Shown: positions 37,310-51,376 of the stretch, piece by piece
How the letters are laid out: each line of letters opens with the position of its first letter
How positions within the stretch are numbered: the first letter of the stretch is position 1
Assembly (NCBI RefSeq): GCF_963921235.1
Contig: NC_086109.1
Span: 27,654,001 to 27,718,000 of the forward strand
DNA length: 64,000 nucleotides
Reading direction: 5' to 3'
Source of the DNA: Mobula hypostoma
Lineage: Eukaryota
Program-made: the position numbers and the translations under genes
Notes under the pieces: generated by a model
What the model was told of the DNA's origin: nothing
Databases searched by the model: none
What the model saw: the letters and a program-made list of their open reading frames with translations, nothing else

Positions 37310-38915
37310 CATAGTGAGGTTCAAGTTCTTAGAAGTGAACATCAGGAATAGCCTATTCTGGTCCAAACATTTACACGCTATGGCCAAGAAAGCTCACCAA
37401 TGCCTCTACAAGCTCAAGAGGCTAAATAAATTTGGCAGCACACATAAAAGTTGCTGGTGAACGCAGCAGGCCAGGCAGCATCTCTAGGAAGAGGTACAGT
37501 CGACGTTTTGGGCCGAGACCCTTTGTCAGGACTAACTGAAAGAAGAGCTAGTAAGAGATTTGAAAGTGGGAGGGGGAGGGGGAGATCCAAAATGATAGGA
37601 GAAGACAGGAGGGGGAGGAATGGAGCCAAGAGTTGGACAGGTGATTGGCAAAAGGTATATGAGAGGATCATGGGACAGGAGGCCCAGAGAGAAGGAAAAG
37701 GAGGAGGGGGGAAAAACCAGAGGATGGGCAAGGGGTATAGTGAGGGGGACAGAGGGAGAAAAAGGAGAGAGAGGAAAAGAATGTGTGTATATAAATAAAT
37801 AACGGATGGGGTACGAGGGGAAGGTGGGGCATTAGCAGAAGTTTGAGAAGTCGACATTCATGCCATCAGGTTGGAGGCTACCCAGACGGAATACAAGGTG
37901 TTGTTCCTCCAACGTGAGTGTGGCTTCATCTTTACAGTAGAGGAGGCCGTGGATAGACATATCAGAATGGGAATGGGATGTGGATTTAAAATGTGTGGCC
38001 ACTTGAAGATCCTGCTTTCTTTGGCGGACAGAGAGTAGGTGTTCAGCGAAACGATTTCCCAGTCAGCGTCGGGTCTCACTAATATATAGGCCACATCAGG
38101 AGCACCGGACACAGTATATCATCCCAGCTGACTCACAGGTGAAGTGTCGCCTCTCACCTGGAAGGACTGTCTGGGGCCCTGAATGGTAGTGAGGGAGGAA
38201 GTGTAAGGGCATGTGTAGCACCTGTTCCGCTTACAAGGATAAGTGCCAGGAGGGAGATCGGTGGGGAGGGATGGGGGGAACGAATGGACAGGGGAGTCAC
38301 GTAGGGAGCGATCCCTGCGGAAAGCTGAGAGAGGGGAGGAGGGAAAGATGTGCTTAGTGGTGGGATCATGTCCCCATTGACCTTAACCACTTTTTTAATG
38401 ATGCATCAAAGACCGCATACTATCTCGATTCATAATGGCCTGGTATGGAAACTGTGTTACATGTGACCGTAAGAAAAACTGCACAGAGTTGTAGGCACAG
38501 CTCAACATATCACAGAAACCAACCTCCCCTCAATGGGTTTTGTCAGTAAAGCAGCAAGCATAATCAAAGACCCATCCCAGCCCCGTCATCCTCGTTTCTT
38601 CCCACTTCAACTCAGCAGAGGATTAAAAAGCCTGAAAGCACAACCCACCAGACTCAAGAACAGATCTATCCCACTGTAATTAGACTATTTAAAGTACAAA
38701 ATGGACTCCTGACCTTGCAATCAACCTCGTTAGGAGCATGCACCTCTTAGTGTGCTGCAATTTATCTGTAGCTGTTACACTTTATTCTGCATTGTAATTG
38801 TTTTATCTTGTTCTACCTCAATGTGCTGTGTAATGATCTGATCTGTATGAACAGTACGCAAGACAAGTTTTTCACTCTGTCTTGTCACATATGACAATAA
38901 CAAACTAATTCCAAT
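37310..38915 (+). mobile_element. Rex1/Babar-type 3' portion split by a PLE
   Basis: FKFLEVNI..L.WSKH..AMAKKAHQCLY.LKRLNKFG continues at about 38370 (atgtccccattgacc) after the insert. Confidence 0.75.
37438..38368 (-). mobile_element. PLE 3' portion (zinc linker, GIY-YIG endonuclease, terminal repeat)
   Basis: Minus strand encodes GTYPCKRNRCYTCPY...VIYCVRCS..LYI.ET.RRLGNRFAEHL...LEEQHL. The hammerhead core is CpG-decayed. Confidence 0.9.
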
Positions 38916-39029
38916 TCCATTCTTTGTAGCTCATTTAGTCCAGATCCACAGTGCAGTCTCCTTTGCCATATCCTGGCCCAAATTGCAGCAAGCAGGATAA
39001 TTGCAGTGGTAAACAAATGGTTTTCTGTC

Positions 39030-39830
39030 AATAATTCGATGTCTCAGGCCAAGACCTGTCTTCAGGACTGAGAAGGAAGGAGGTAATGCAATGGCTCCGC
39101 CTGTCTAATTAGACAATGGATGTGCCTAGTTTAGTTCTGGGGCGCAGACCTGGGCAATGAATATGGAGATCCTGGGCTGCCCAGACATCAAGATTCCCCT
39201 CTCGGCCTCGCGGATGTGGTCCAAAGGAATGTGGAGCAGTACTTTTGGCATCAGCTTGGCTGCAGGAGCTGCCGGGAGGTGACGTGATACGTCATCCAAC
39301 CACCTTAGGGGCTCCACTCCGGATTTACGTAGGGTTTACTCCTTAGCCTTCTCTTCTCCCGAAGATACCCACAAGGAAGTGGGACCGGTAACCCTGGATA
39401 GGGGCCCATACCAGGTACTGTCAGCTGGAGCCAGCTGAGCCCAGGACTCATGTAAGGCAGGGTCGCCACGCCCTGTAGTAGTGACATATGGAGCCACTAC
39501 CCACTACCCAGGAAGACACCAGAATAAAAAGGTGTGGGGAGGGGACAGAGGCTAGCTGGAATGTCATAGGTGAAGCCGGACAGGTGGGAAAGGTCAGTCA
39601 GAGAATAGTTGGACCATAGGAGAAAGGAAAGGAGGAGGGGACCCAGGAGGAAGCGATAGGCAGGTGAGAAGAGATAAAAGGTCAGAGTGGGGGATGGGGG
39701 GGAAGGAGAAATCGACATTCATGCTACCCAGATGGAATATAAGGTGTTGCTTCTCCACCCTGATAGCGTCCTCATCTTGGCACAAGGTGACATGTTCGAA
39801 CGGGAAAAGGAATCAAAATTAAAAATCCAC
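39030..39830 (-). mobile_element. PLE terminal-repeat fragment split by an RTE-related short element (~39084-39510)
   Basis: PLE sequence on both sides; the insert shares gagagggg...tgggca...ttgcccagg.ctgcgccc...tccat with the SINE at 14241-14551. Confidence 0.65.
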
Positions 39831-39959
39831 ATTCCATATATTGACCACACTGGATAAAAAAAAAATTGCCTCTCAGATTCCTATTAAATTTCTCACCTCC
39901 CATCTTAAATCTATGCCCTCTAGTTCTTTATTCCCAACATTGGTCTTCAGATTTCATGT

Positions 39960-42900
39960 TTGATGGTTAAACATGGAGCAGTTAAATGAGGACACTTAAA
40001 GTGTGGCACCTTCAAGGTCAAGGCCGAAAACACGCAGGACAGCCGGGATTCAAATGAGGCTGAAGCACAGGGGGAGTGAGGCATCCTCTGTCTGCTATCT
40101 TGTTGGCGAATGTACAGTCACTTGAAAATGAGATTGACGATCTCAGGGCAAGGCTGCTGTTTCAGAAGCAGATAAGGCAGATCTCAGTTGCTTGTTGCAT
40201 TGAGACTTGGTAAACAGCAAACACACCGGATGCAGCTATTCGACCAGAAGGTTTTATGATTTTCAGAATGGATTCTGGTAAGGAAACATATGGAGGAGTA
40301 TGCTTTTTGACCAATTTTCGTTGGCACACGGAAGTTGGGGTTATATCGACTTCTTGTTCCCTGACTTAGAACAACTAACAATTAAATGTAGACTATTCTA
40401 TTTGCTTCAAGGGTTCTTCTCTGTGATCTTCACCATAGCCTATACACCACCACCAGCCGATTATAAGCAAGCACTCGCAGATCTGCACGATGCTGTCTGT
40501 AAACAAGAAACAGCCCATCCCGATGCATTTCAAATTATAATTGGCAACTTTAACCAGGCCAGTTTGAAGAAAACTCTGCCTAGTTTTCACCAGCACATAA
40601 CCTGTAGCACCAGAGGTCCCAACACACTAGACCACGGCTACACTACGATAAAGAATGTCTATGGTTCTTTCCTGAGACCGAATTTTGGTAAGTCGGATCA
40701 TTTGGCTGGACTTAGACAATAGACAATAGACAATGTGCAGGAGTAGGCTATTCAGCTCTTCGAGCCAGCACCACCATTCACTGTGATCATGGCTGATCAT
40801 CCACAATCAGTACCCTGTTCCTGCCTTCTCCCCAAATCCCTTCACTCCACTATCTTTAAGAGCTCTATCTAACTCTTTTTTGAAAGAATCCAGAGAATTG
40901 GCCTCCACTGCCTTCTGAGGCAGCACATTCCACAGAACCGCAAGCCTCTGTGTGAAAAAGTTTTTCCTTAACTCTGTTCCAAATTGTCTACCCCTTATTC
41001 TTAAACTGTGGCCTCTGGTTCTGGACTCCCCCAAAATCGGTAACATGTTTCCTGCCTCCAGCTTGTCCAATCCCCTAATAATCTTATATGTTTCAATTAG
41101 ACTTCTGTTACCTCCATACAGATAGAGCCTAAAAAGCAAGGCTTCAGAGATCAAGACAACCAAGAGGTAGCCGCGGGAGGCTGGGAAACGGTTACAGGAT
41201 TGCCTTGAGTCAGTGGACTGGGCCATGTTCAGGAACTCATCAGAGGACTTGAATGTCTACATCAGGGTCATTACAGACTTTATTAAAACAGCTGTGGATG
41301 AGTGTGTACCCATGAACTCACTCAGGTTTTCCCCAATCAGAAACCCTGGATGAACAATGAAATCTGAAATCTGCTGAGAGTCATTCAAGCCAGGAGATCA
41401 AGAATGCTACAAGAGGTGCAGGTATGATTTCCAGAAAGCCATCTCACAGGTGAAATGGAGATTCCAGACTAGACTGGAATCAACAAGGGATGCTTGACAG
41501 CTGTGGCAGGGTATGAATTCCATAACCTCCTACAAAGCTGAATCAATCGACATAGGAGACAGCAGAGCTTCGCTTCCTGATGAGCTCAATAACTTCTAGG
41601 CTCACTGTGACCAGATCAGGGAGGAAACACCGTGCACCCCCATGTCTCCCAATGATCCTTTGGTCTCAATATCTGACAATGACATGGGGGCTGCCTTCAT
41701 GAGACTGAATCCAAGGAAACCACCTAGTCCAGACGGAGTACCTGGCCGAGAACTGAAGACCTGTGCTGACCAACTGGCTGTGTATTCACAGATATCTTCA
41801 TCCTCTTGCTCCAGCTGTGTGTGGTACCCACCTGCTTCAAGCAGGCTTCAATTGTACCGGTGCCCAAGAAGAGCATGGTAACCTGTACGAATGACTATCA
41901 CCCAATGGCATTTACATCCACAGTGATGAGGTGCTTTGAGAGGCTGGTGTTGAAGCACATCAGTTCCTGTCTGAATGGTGACATAGATCGGCTCCAATTC
42001 ACCTCCTGAAGCAACAAGTCTACAGCAGATGCTATCTTGTTGACTCTTCACACAACCCTGGAACATCTGGACAGCAAAGATGCACACATCAGGATGCACT
42101 TTATCAACTACAGCTCAGCATCCAATACCATCATCCCCTCTAAATTAATCAGTAATTTCCAAGACCTGGGCCTCAATACCCCCTTGTGCAATTGGATCCT
42201 GGATTTCCTCAACCATAGTCAGCTTGGACTGGCAAAAACATCTCCAAGGAACTGATTGTAGACTTCAGGAGAGGGAAACCAGGTGTCCATGAGCCAGGAA
42301 TCATCGGAGTATCAGAGGTAGAGAGGGTCAGTAACTTTAAATTCTTGGATGTCACTATCTCAGAGGACCTGTTCTGGAACCATCATATTGTGAAGAAAGC
42401 ATGACAGTGCCTCTACTTCGACAGGAGTCTGTGGAGGTTTGGCATGTCATCGAAAATCTTGGCGAATTTCTCCAGATGTGTGATGGAAAGTGTGCTGACT
42501 GGCTGCATTATGGCCTGGTATGGGAACATCAATGCCTTTGAGTGAAAAATCCTACAAAAGGCAGCGGATTTGGTCCAGTACATCACAGGTAAAACTCTCC
42601 TAATCATTGAGCATATCGTCATGAAAAGTTGCCATAGAAAAGCAGCATCCATCAACAATCCTCACCACCCAGGCTGTGCTCTTTTCTCACTGCTGCCATC
42701 AGGTAGAAGGTACAAGTGCCTCAGGACTCACACCACTCGGTTCAATAACAGTTACTACCCCTCAACCATCGGGCTCTTGAACAAAAGGGATTGCAACACT
42801 CATTTAAGAACTCTGCCATATTGTTAATTCAAGTTCATTATTTATTGCTAATTATTTATATCTGCATTTGCACAATTTGTTTCTAGTTAACAGGTTCCTG

Positions 42901-43022
42901 ATGTTTACAGTTTATACTTGCTGTTCTATAGATTTGCTCAGTATGTCTGCAGAAAATGAACTTCAGCATTGTATATGGTGACATGTATGTACTCTGATAA
43001 TAAATTTTACTTTGAACTTTGA
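39960..43022 (+). mobile_element. Near full-length Rex1/Babar-type LINE (APE+RT), disrupted
   Basis: ILLANVQSLENEIDDL, AYTPP, TRGPNTLDH, GKSDH, PDGVPGRELKTCADQLA, VMRCFERLV and HPGCALFSLLPSGRRY motifs; tttgaactttga tail. Confidence 0.92.
40714..41099 (-). mobile_element. CR1 3' end inserted in the Rex LINE
   Basis: LIETYKIIRGLD...SRTRGHSL...FFTQR; (agacaat)n tail; gactt on both sides. Confidence 0.9.
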
Positions 43023-43553
43023 AGGGGAAAATAACATGTACATTTACCGTGTAAATGCCCCTCATAATTTTATACACTTCTTCAAGATCTCTGCTTTTTC
43101 TCTTACACTCCAATGATAAAAGCCTCAACCTGTTCAACTTCCTGAAAAAAAATGTGGCCAAACTATTTGTTTGGATGAATTTGTTCAAGAAGAATTTGGA
43201 CCAGGAAGAAAGTAGGAGAAAAATTAGTTCAGAGAAAAGCACAATCTTAAAGACAAAATGGCAACTTAACTAATGAGAAAGTGATCATTCCACTTCTGAC
43301 AGAAGGAATACTGTACAATTAGGTTCACCAGATTGATCCTGAGACAGAACTTCTGGACTCTCTGTCCAAGGAGATTGTAGAGGCTCAGTTGTTGAGTGTA
43401 TTTAAGACAGACATTTATAGATTTTTGAATATTGTAGAAATCAAGTGATACAGGAATTGTGCAGGACTGTGCTGATAAAAGATTAGACATATCCTATTGA
43501 ATAGCTGAGCAGGCACAAGTTGCCAAATGGTGTAATTTTGTTTATATTTCTTA

Positions 43554-44437
43554 TGTAACCGGGTGACCGTCGAATCTTATTCATTATTGTTAAAAGTGTA
43601 CTTGGGCATCCATCTGGGTAATGCTAGAATAGTTGTCTGTGCCTTTAACTGGAGACAGTGATGTCATTACACACGCGCGGGATAGTGGGGAGACTATTTT
43701 TGTTTTCTGCAGAAGAAGCTGTTGGGGCTTTGGGATTAAGTTCCTCCCAGAGGTACTGGACACGTTGAGGAACAGTGAGCATTATTTGACGAAATCCATG
43801 TGAATTCATTTATGCTTGTTGGGGAATTGAGAATTTCAGTAATTCGACATGTTTTACATGTGGATGCTTTAGATTTTCATGAGTGAAGGCATCGGCACTG
43901 GATAGCGTGGCTTGTGCAAAGTTCCTTACCGGCTAATTAGGTCAGTCTTCCTGTAATTTTACAACTTCCTTGTAAAAGTTGTGCCAAAGTGTACCTTTTG
44001 TCTAACTTCATTGTATCATGACTGATTGTGGATGTAACAGTGTAACGTGAATGTTTAGTCTCTGTTTGGAAGTTAAGCACGTGTGTACCAAAAGGGAGTA
44101 GACGTCTTAGATGAGATGTTTTCGCTTACATTGTTGCTGCTATGTATAAGGTACAGGGTTGGTGGGATTCTAATGTTGCTTGTATTGTGTTCCTTCAGAG
44201 TTGCCACTAGTTTCGTGCGGTTTGCTTTATGTATTCTTATACTGCATACGCAATTTGTCGCTACACAAGGGTGTGGATCGAAATTTAAACTGAGATTGTA
44301 ATGGCAGGAACTGGTTGTAAATTCGTTTGTTTTGTTTTGAGGCCCTCTTCCGGCACTAAAACATCTAAAACAGATAAAGGAATTAAAACCCGAAAATGTA
44401 TTTGCTATCCTGAGCGGGTACTTTTTCCCAGGCTACA
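43554..44437 (+). mobile_element. Solo LTR, 884 bp
   Basis: TGTAACC...GGCTACA ends; 4-bp TSD ctta at 43550-43553 and 44438-44441; attaaa near the 3' end. Confidence 0.8.
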
Positions 44438-44534
44438 CTTACATTCCTAGATTCTTGATGGCCATAATCTGGATAATGAAGAAAATAAGTTATCACATTG
44501 ATATAGTGGCTCTCACTTTGTCAAAGCACACACT

Positions 44535-45373
44535 CAGGGGGCGAAGCAAAGTCAAGATGGCGCTAAGCGGCAACTCCTTTGCTGCATCTTCAGAAACAGC
44601 ACAATTTCTGTCTTTGAGATCTCTTTTTTTTTTCCTTTTCAAGGTTCTTTTGCAGACCCTAACCTGGTCTGAACACTCTGAATTTGGTTCTTTGGGGGAA
44701 TGGGACCCACTCTCAGAGCTTCACGAAGGGCCACTTTTTGATTTCCCAAGGACGTGGCCTGGAAGACTAGCACACCTTTAGGGTGCCGGATTTTCGTGGT
44801 TCTGGAGAAGGGCTGATTCAAGGTCAGTGCCCCTGACTGAGGCGTCGTGGGAAAACATGGAACATCAGGGGCAGCGGATAAGCTGCTGTGGGCTGTGTGT
44901 CCAGAGACCTGAGCCCTGGGGCTGACTCACTGGGCACAGAACTCAGAAAAAGTGACACAACAGACTCTTAACATCATGAATCAGCAAGTTGTTTGTTATG
45001 TCTCCCCTCTCGCTGTGAAACGGAGACACCTCTTTTTCCCTCATTAGGGCGAAAGAGAGCCTGTGGTATGTCGAATTACCGGGTGAACCAGTAGTCTTCG
45101 GGGTACTGCAAGTCTGTGTCTTTACTGATAATTTGCTGCACGCTTGAGTGCTCGGTGGGGGTGCACCGATGCTTTTTTGCTGGTGGAGGGGGTGATCGTT
45201 GCCTTGCTGCTATTTATGCATGGGAGGGGGGAACTGAGTGGCTTTGGGGTTCTAACATTTAACTGTCATTCATTCTTTGGGGCACTCCTCTGTTTTCATT
45301 GCTGTTTGCAAAGAAAAAGAATTTCAGGATGTATATTGTATACATCTCTCTGACGTTAAATGTACCTATTGAA
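44535..45373 (+). mobile_element. Non-coding retroposon with Rex-like ends
   Basis: 5' aagatggcg motif and a 3' tail (aagaatttcagg...gtatattgtatac...aaatgtacctattgaa) like the Rex 3'UTRs here; no RT motifs inside. Confidence 0.5.
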
Positions 45374-45764
45374 TCTAAAACACCTCACAAACAATTGAAT
45401 ATGTTCCTTTAAAATTGCAATCATTGTTGATTTGGCAGCAAACACAGTACTTATTGGGGTAAAAATTCAAGCTCAGCCAGCTATGTTAAAGGCAATACAG
45501 TAATGCAATAACAGCTATATTTTATGCTGTGTTCCCGAATTACAGTTCCATTGGAACCAAAGGAACTTAGCTGCGATATTATCAAATCCTGAAAACAGGA
45601 TACAGTGCACAGCTGTTAATATTTTATGCGTTTAGTGCAAGCAATTAAGTTCATATTTTTATCCTAGTATCTGCTGTGAAATTATCCCCCTGTATAAAAA
45701 TAGTTTAAGAGAACAGCTTTGAAGGTAAAACTACAGTTAAATAATGCAGAATATATTAGAGGAC

Positions 45765-46450
45765 ATAAACACAAAAGATTCCACAGATACTGGAAATCCA
45801 GAGGAATGAACAGAAATTGCTGGAGGAACTTAACAGGTCAGGCAGTATCTAAGGAGGGGAATGAATAGTCAACACTTTGGGCCGAGACCCTTCATCAGGA
45901 CTGAAAAGAAAGGGTAAAGAAGCCCTAATAAGGTGGTGGGTTGAGGGGAAGTTGGCAAGTGATAGGTGAAACCAGGTGAGGGGGCGATAAAGTGAGAAGC
46001 TGGGAAATTACAGGTGGAAACATTAACGGCTGAAGAAGGAATCTATTAGAGGAGAGTGGACTGTGGGAGAAAGGGAAGGAAGGGCACTAAAGGAAATTGA
46101 TGGGCAGGTGAGAAGAAGATAAGGGGTAAGAGGGGAGCCAGAAAGAGGAGTGAGAAAAAGAGAGATGGATGAGGGGGAGAAATTACCAGAAGTTAGAGAA
46201 ATCAATGTTCATGCCATCAGGTTGGAGGCTACCTGGAAAGAATATGAGTTTTCGCTCCTTCAAGTGGCCACATCACGGCAGAGAGAAAGCCATGGACCAA
46301 CACGTTGGAATGGCAACAGGAAGTGGAATCTAAATAGATATCCATTGGGTGTGTCTGATGGAATGAAGATGCCCAACAAAGTGGTCCCCAATCCATGTTG
46401 GGTCTCAACAATGTAGAGGAAACTGCACTGGGAGCACCAGACACAGAAGA
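45765..46450 (-). mobile_element. PLE 3' fragment
   Basis: Terminal repeat with CTGATGA...AAAG degenerate hammerhead; CVWCSQCSFLYIVET GIY-YIG remnant. Confidence 0.85.
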
Positions 46451-49400
46451 ACAATTTACAAGTCATAAGGGAATGATGAACTGATAAATATATGTCACAA
46501 AATATTCATATGAACCTAACAGTGTAGGACCGCATGACAATGTTACGACAAAGTATGGCACAGATCAGTAAGAAGAGCATGGCCCAGGTGGCCAATCCAG
46601 AACCAGTCGTGCTGCTGATCACACACTCAATGCAATGGATAATAAGGATAAAGGGTAGGAATGTAGGTATTACTGCAGTTGGCGGCAGTTGATAGGCAAA
46701 CTGAAGTCGGGGAAGAATCCTATTTAATTAGTCAACTCAAGTACATGTATGTGGCCTAGACTGCCTGAGGAATATTCATCCACATACAACAGCTAAACTG
46801 AGTATTGGTATTGCTGCTGGTTTATTGTAGAAGTTTAGTGAAAAGTTCATGCATAATTAAGTATATTGGAATAGTTAAGAGAATACAGAAAACAGAATAC
46901 AGAATATAGGGCTGGAATTACACAGAAAGTGCAGTGCAGCCAAACAAATAAAGCACACGGGCTATAACGAAGATCAGAAGATCAAGAATTCATCTTTGGC
47001 ATATGTTCAAGAGTCTGACAAGAACTGGGGGTAGAGTAGTTCAAGTGATCTAGTTTGTAACATTTGACAGCACTTGTGGAAGTTATAACATACAATCTCA
47101 GTAAGTGATTTAGTTAAAGGAGACAATTTTATTGTGGAGCAGGAAGTCAGAGAAAGAAGAGTTTGCAAAAACACAGTTCACAGTGCACAAGAGACCAGAA
47201 GCAACGTTGAGCCAGTTGTCATTAAGTGGGTTTGTTGATGCTGCTCAAGGGATAAATGGCACACTGAAAATTTCCTGATTATATTATAAAAGAGAACCAG
47301 AGGATCTCAAAAAAAAAGATCAGCAAAGAATACTTCAGGATAGTGACTCATTCGTAAATAAATATGCAAAGCAGTACACCTTCAGCATAGATCAGATAGG
47401 TTTAGGTACATAGGTTCTGCTGTGGAATTTGAACCTTTCAATTCAGTCGAGAGTGGTACCATTTAGTCACAATGATAATGAATGTAATTACCTTCACATA
47501 AAAAGAGAAGATATAAAGTGAAGTACTTTAATGTTTACAGCAATAAAAAAACTCCCAGAAGTAACACATAGTTTTTCCTGCCACTAAAAAGACTCTGCCT
47601 CTACAGGTCAAATCTTCCAGTCAAGAGTGGAGAAGAAATCTTCAATTTATAACAACACACACAAAATGCTGGAAGAACTCAGCATCGATGGAAAAGAGTA
47701 AGCGGTCGATGTTTTGGGCCGACACCCTTCATCGTGACTGGAAAGGAAGGGGAGAAGTCAGAAAAAGAAGGTAAGGGGATGGGAGGAAGAAGTACAAGCT
47801 GGCAGGTGATAGGTGAAACCAGGAGAGGGGGAGGGGGTGAAGTAAAGAGCTGGGAAGTTGATTGGTGAAAGAGATAAAGCTGGAGAAGGGAGAATCTGAT
47901 AGGAGAGGAAAGAAGACCACAGAAGAAAGGGAAGAGGGAGGGACACCAGAGGAAGGTGATGGACAGGTAAGGAGTTAAGCTGAGAGAGGGAGACAGGAAT
48001 GGGGAATGGTGGGGTGGGGTGGGGGGTGGGGTAAGCAAATACCGTAAGTTCTAGAAATTGATGTTCAGCCCGTCAGTTTGGAGGCTACCCAGACGGAATA
48101 TAAGATGTTGCTCCTCCTGCCTGAATGTGGCCTCATCATAGCAGTAGGGAAGGCGTTGGACTGACATGTCGGAATGGGAACGAGAAGTAGAATTGAAATG
48201 GGTGGCCACCAGGATCTGCATTAACATCACCAACACTGGTTCCAACGATGGCAAGCGGATTCAGAACCTGGATTTCACCACTTTCAATACTGCTTCCAAC
48301 GACCCCGGACACCTTCAAACTGTCAATTGCGCAATCTCTAACTCTGGCTCTAGCCTGGGCCTTGCCCGACACCACCTCCAGGCCGAGACGTTATGTGCTG
48401 CTGCTGGGACCCCAGTCTCCCATTCTCCCATAACCACTCTGCAAACCCATGTGTCTCAGGCCCCAATGTCAGCTCTTGCGTCCAAGGAGCCTCCATCTTC
48501 TTCCCAACCCACCTTTCCTGAATAGGTTAGCCCTTTTCTCTCTTCAGACACTACCAACTCTCTTCCCCCCTTCTGATCCCAGCTGTCACACCCATTCTCA
48601 TGGGCCTTCCCCTCTCTGAGGCAGAATGTTCTGTTCTCCATAAGCGCCTCATGTTTGTCCCCCTGCACCCACAACTCAGTGAGTTCCACACTCGCCATGA
48701 TGCCAAGCTCTTCTTCCAATGCCTCCATCTCCGTGCCTACTTCTTTGTAGCCCGCACCGATGACCCCTCTCCTGGCTTTGACCCTTGTCCCGTCTTTGAC
48801 CCTCCTCCTCTTCCTGGGCACGTTGTTCTGGTCTTCTGCCTGCTCTGGATCTTTTTGACCCTAACTTCTGACAAGACATCAACCATCTCGACTTCACCAC
48901 TCATCTCTCCAATTCCAAACTCACTCCTTCTGAACGCACTGCTCTCAGCAGTAATCCTAATCTCACCATCAAACCTGCAGATAAAGGGGAGTGCTGTAGT
49001 AGTCTGGTGTACTGATCCCTACTTTGCTGAGGCCAGGCAGAAACTTTCAAACACCTCCTCTTACTTATCCCTTGTACAGGACCCCACTAAGGAGCACCAG
49101 ACTATTGTCACCTGCATCATCACTGACCTCATCAACTCTGGGGATTTCCCATCCACTACCACCAATCCCATAGTTCCCTTACCCCTCACCTCCTGTTTCT
49201 GCATCCTACCCAAGATCCACAATCCTGACTCGTCCAGGTAGACCCATTGTTTTTACCTGTTCCTGCCCCACTGAAGTTGTGTCTGTATACCTTGAATCTG
49301 TTTCATCCCCATAGTTCAGTCCCTTCTTATCTACATTCCTGACACTTCACATGTTCTTGATCTTTTCAATGACTTTAAGTCCCCTGGCCCCAATCGTCTT

Positions 49401-50319
49401 ATTTTCACTATGGATGTCCAGGTCTTATACCCTTTGATCCCCCATCAGGAGGGCCTTAAAACTTTCTGCTTCTTTCTGGACAACAGACCCAACCAGTACC
49501 CCTCCATCAGCACACTCCTCTGATGGAATTGGTCCTTGTCCCCAACAATTTCTCGTTTGGTGCCTCCCACATCCTTCAAACCAAAAGTGTAGCCATAGAC
49601 ACTCACATGGGTTCCAGCTATGCCTGACTTTTTGTTGGCTATGTGGCACAGTTCATGTTCCAAGCCTTAACTGGCATCACTTCCCAACTCTTCCCATGCT
49701 ACGTCGGCAAATGCGTTGATGATGCTTCCTGCACCCATACTGAGCTCATCGATTTCATCAACTTTGCTTCCAACTTCAACTCTGCCCTCAAATTAAATTG
49801 GCTCATTTCTGACAATGGAACCTCTCTCCCCTTTCTCGATCTCTCTGTCTTCATCTCTGTATACAGCATATCTACGGGCATCTTTTATAAACCCACTGAT
49901 TCTCACAGCTATCTAGATTATATTTCTTCCCACCCTGTCACTTGCAAAAATGCCATTCCCTTCTCTCAGTTCCTCCATCTCCACGACATCTGTGCTCAGG
50001 ATTAGGCTTTTCATTCCAGAACAATTGAGATGTCCTCCTTCTTCAAAGAAAGGGGCTTCTCTTCCTCCACCCTCAATGCTGTCCTTACCCACATCTCTTC
50101 CATTTCACACACATCTGCTCTTACCCCATCCTTCTGAGCCACAACTCTTGCTCTCACCTACCATCCCACCGGTCCAGCACATAATTCTCAGTAACTTCCA
50201 CCATCTCCACTAGTATCCCACCACCAAAGCACATCTTTTCTTACCCCCCATTTTCCACTTTCCGCAGGCATTGCTCTATACATGATTCCCTTGTCCATTC
50301 ATCTCTCCCCGCTGATCTC

Positions 50320-51376
50320 ATAGTCATAGTCATACTTTATTGATCCCGGGGGAAATTGGTTTTTGTTACAGTTGCACCATAAATAATGAAATAGTAATAA
50401 TAAAACCATAAATTGTTAAATAGTAATATGTAGATTATGCCAGGAAATAAGTCCAGGACCAGCCTACTGGCTCAGGGTGCCTGACCCTCCAAGGGAGGAG
50501 TTGTAAAATTTGATGGCCACAGGCAGGAATGACTTCCTATGACGCTCTGTGTTGCATCTTGGTGGAATGAGTCTCTGGCTGAATGTACTACTGTGCCCAA
50601 CCAGTACATTATGTACTGGATGGGAGACATTGTCCAAGATGGCATGTAACTTGGGCAGCATCCTCTTTTCAGACACCACCGTCAGAGAGTCCAGTTCCAT
50701 CCCCACAACATCACTGGCCTTACGAATGAGTTTGTTGATTCTGTTGGTGTCTGCTACCCCCAGCCTGCTGCCCCAGCACACAACAGCAAACATGATCGCA
50801 CTGGCCACCACAGACTCGTAGAACGTCCTCAGCAAAGTCCGGCAGATGTTAAAGGACCTCAGTCTCCTCAGGAAATAAAGACGGCTCTGACCCTTCTTGT
50901 TGATAGCCTCAGTGTTCTTTGACCAGTCCAGTTTATTGTCAATTCATATCCCCAGGTATTTGTAATCCTCCACCATGTCCACACTGACCCCCTGGATGGA
51001 AACAGGGGTCGCCGGTACCTTAGCTCTCCTCAGGTCTACCACCAGCTCCTTAGTCTTTTTCACATTAAGTTGCAGATAATTCTGCTCACACCATGTGACA
51101 AAGTTTCCTACCGTAGCCCTGTACTCAGCCTCATCTCCCTTGCTGATGCATCCAACTATGGCAGAGTCATCTGAAAACTTCTGAAGGTGACAAGGCTCTG
51201 TGCAGTAGTTGAAGTCCGAGGTGTAAATGGTGAAGAGAAAGGGAGACAAGACAATCCCCTGTGGAGCCCCAGTACTGCTGATCACTCTGTCAGACACACA
51301 GTGTTGCAAGCACACGTATTGTGGTCTGCCAGTCAGGTAATCAAGAATCCATGACACCAGGAAAACATCCACCTTC
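50320..51376 (-). mobile_element. Young Rex1/Babar-type LINE 3' portion
   Basis: WILDYLTGRPQYV, GAPQGIVLSPFLFTIYTSD, KFSDDSAIVG, FYESVVASAI; (tatgac)n tail; atctc on both sides. Confidence 0.92.

Noticed and set aside
39330..39420. Possible HDV-like ribozyme in the RTE-related element (cccacttccttgtggg...ctaagg on the minus strand)
   Set aside because: It has L3- and J4/2-like words, but I could not build P1 or P1.1 by hand; a descriptor search would be needed.
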